Positions 63,422 to 64,000 of a stretch of DNA of 64,000 nucleotides are shown here, piece by piece; position 1 is the first letter of the stretch; the number at the start of each line of letters is the position of its first letter. A program made the translations under genes and the position numbers. The notes below the pieces were generated by a model. That model was not told the origin of the DNA. It saw only the letters and a list, made by a program, of their open reading frames with translations, and did no database searches. The DNA is from Camelus ferus. Taxonomy: Eukaryota. The stretch lies in assembly GCF_009834535.1 (NCBI RefSeq), contig NC_045698.1:11286001-11350000 (forward strand). The letters are read 5' to 3'.

Positions 63422-63710
63422 TATTTTTCTTGTCTTATTTTGCTAGCCAGAACATCCAATGTTAAGTGAAAGGTTTAAATAATAAGCCTCATCACATTTT
63501 TCTTATTCTTAAAGCGAATGCTTTTCCACATTTCACCATTAAATTTGATGATCGGTGTAGGTGTTATTTAAACAGGTTTTATTTGGCTAAGGAAATATCT
63601 TTCCATTCCAAGTTTGCTCACATTTAAAAAACTCATTATGGATATTGGATTTTATTGAATGCTTTTTTACTGTAGCTATTAATAATCATTTTTGTCTTTT
63701 AATGTCTTTT
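62525..63710 (-). mobile_element. Old L1 ORF2 remnants interrupted by an L1MB/MC-type 3' end (about 63000-63330)
   Basis: gagaacagacatttttatgatattgagt and ttggattttattgaatgctttt (ORF2 antisense); attgaggcataatttacata...tgaattttgacaaatgtat (3'UTR antisense). Confidence 0.7.
63377..63420. repeat. (ATTT)11 microsatellite
   Basis: Directly visible. Confidence 0.95.
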
Positions 63711-63750
63711 TTTGCATATATATTCATAAGTAGAATTTGACTTCAAACAG

Positions 63751-63960
63751 CAGGTTATGGCAAACTTTTTCTTAAAGAGTCAGATGATAAACATTTTCAG
63801 CTCGTGGGCCATGAAATCTCTATCATAACTACTCAACTCTGCAGTTGGGCTATGAAAGCAGCCATTGATAATATGTAAATAAATAAGCATGGTTGTGTTT
63901 TAATAAAACTTTATTTACAAATAGACAGCCAGACTGTTGGCTGTAGTTTGCTGATTCCTG
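63751..63960 (+). mobile_element. MER58A hAT-Charlie element
   Basis: ggcaaactttttcttaaagagtcaga...taataaaactttatttacaaa...ggctgtagtttgctgattcctg. Confidence 0.85.
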
Positions 63961-64000
63961 TCAATAAAACAGATTCAAATACTTTATAATGCTAGGGCTT

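Noticed and set aside
1..64000. Novel multi-gene system, endogenous non-retroviral virus or horizontally transferred insert
   Set aside because: No long ORFs outside L1, no compositionally foreign block, and no recognisable viral or bacterial motifs. A BLASTx of the repeat-masked sequence would be the decisive test.

Overview
AT-rich mammalian genomic DNA, most likely camelid (alpaca/camel-like): a tRNA-derived Vic-1-type SINE and a recurring family of young L1 3' ends point there. The window is dominated by interspersed repeats: L1 of several ages, L2, L3/CR1, MIR, MLT1/LTR16/ERV1 solo LTRs, hAT and mariner DNA-transposon fossils, and microsatellites. I found no intact protein-coding gene, RNA gene, CpG island, CRISPR array or non-host insert. 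The only recognisable protein sequences in the ORF track are broken L1 ORF2 fragments. Most L1 copies lie on the minus strand, which suggests a long intron of a plus-strand gene that I cannot name; a few candidate short exons are listed at low confidence. I did not find a novel biological system. The best observations are structural: two twin-priming inverted L1 insertions, a perfect 68-bp tandem duplication, a possible L1 3' transduction, an ERV1 solo LTR with its 4-bp TSD and an ARE motif, and a young L1 lacking a TSD (possible insertion-mediated deletion). Repeat subfamily names come from recalled consensus similarity, not a database search, and boundaries of old repeats are approximate.
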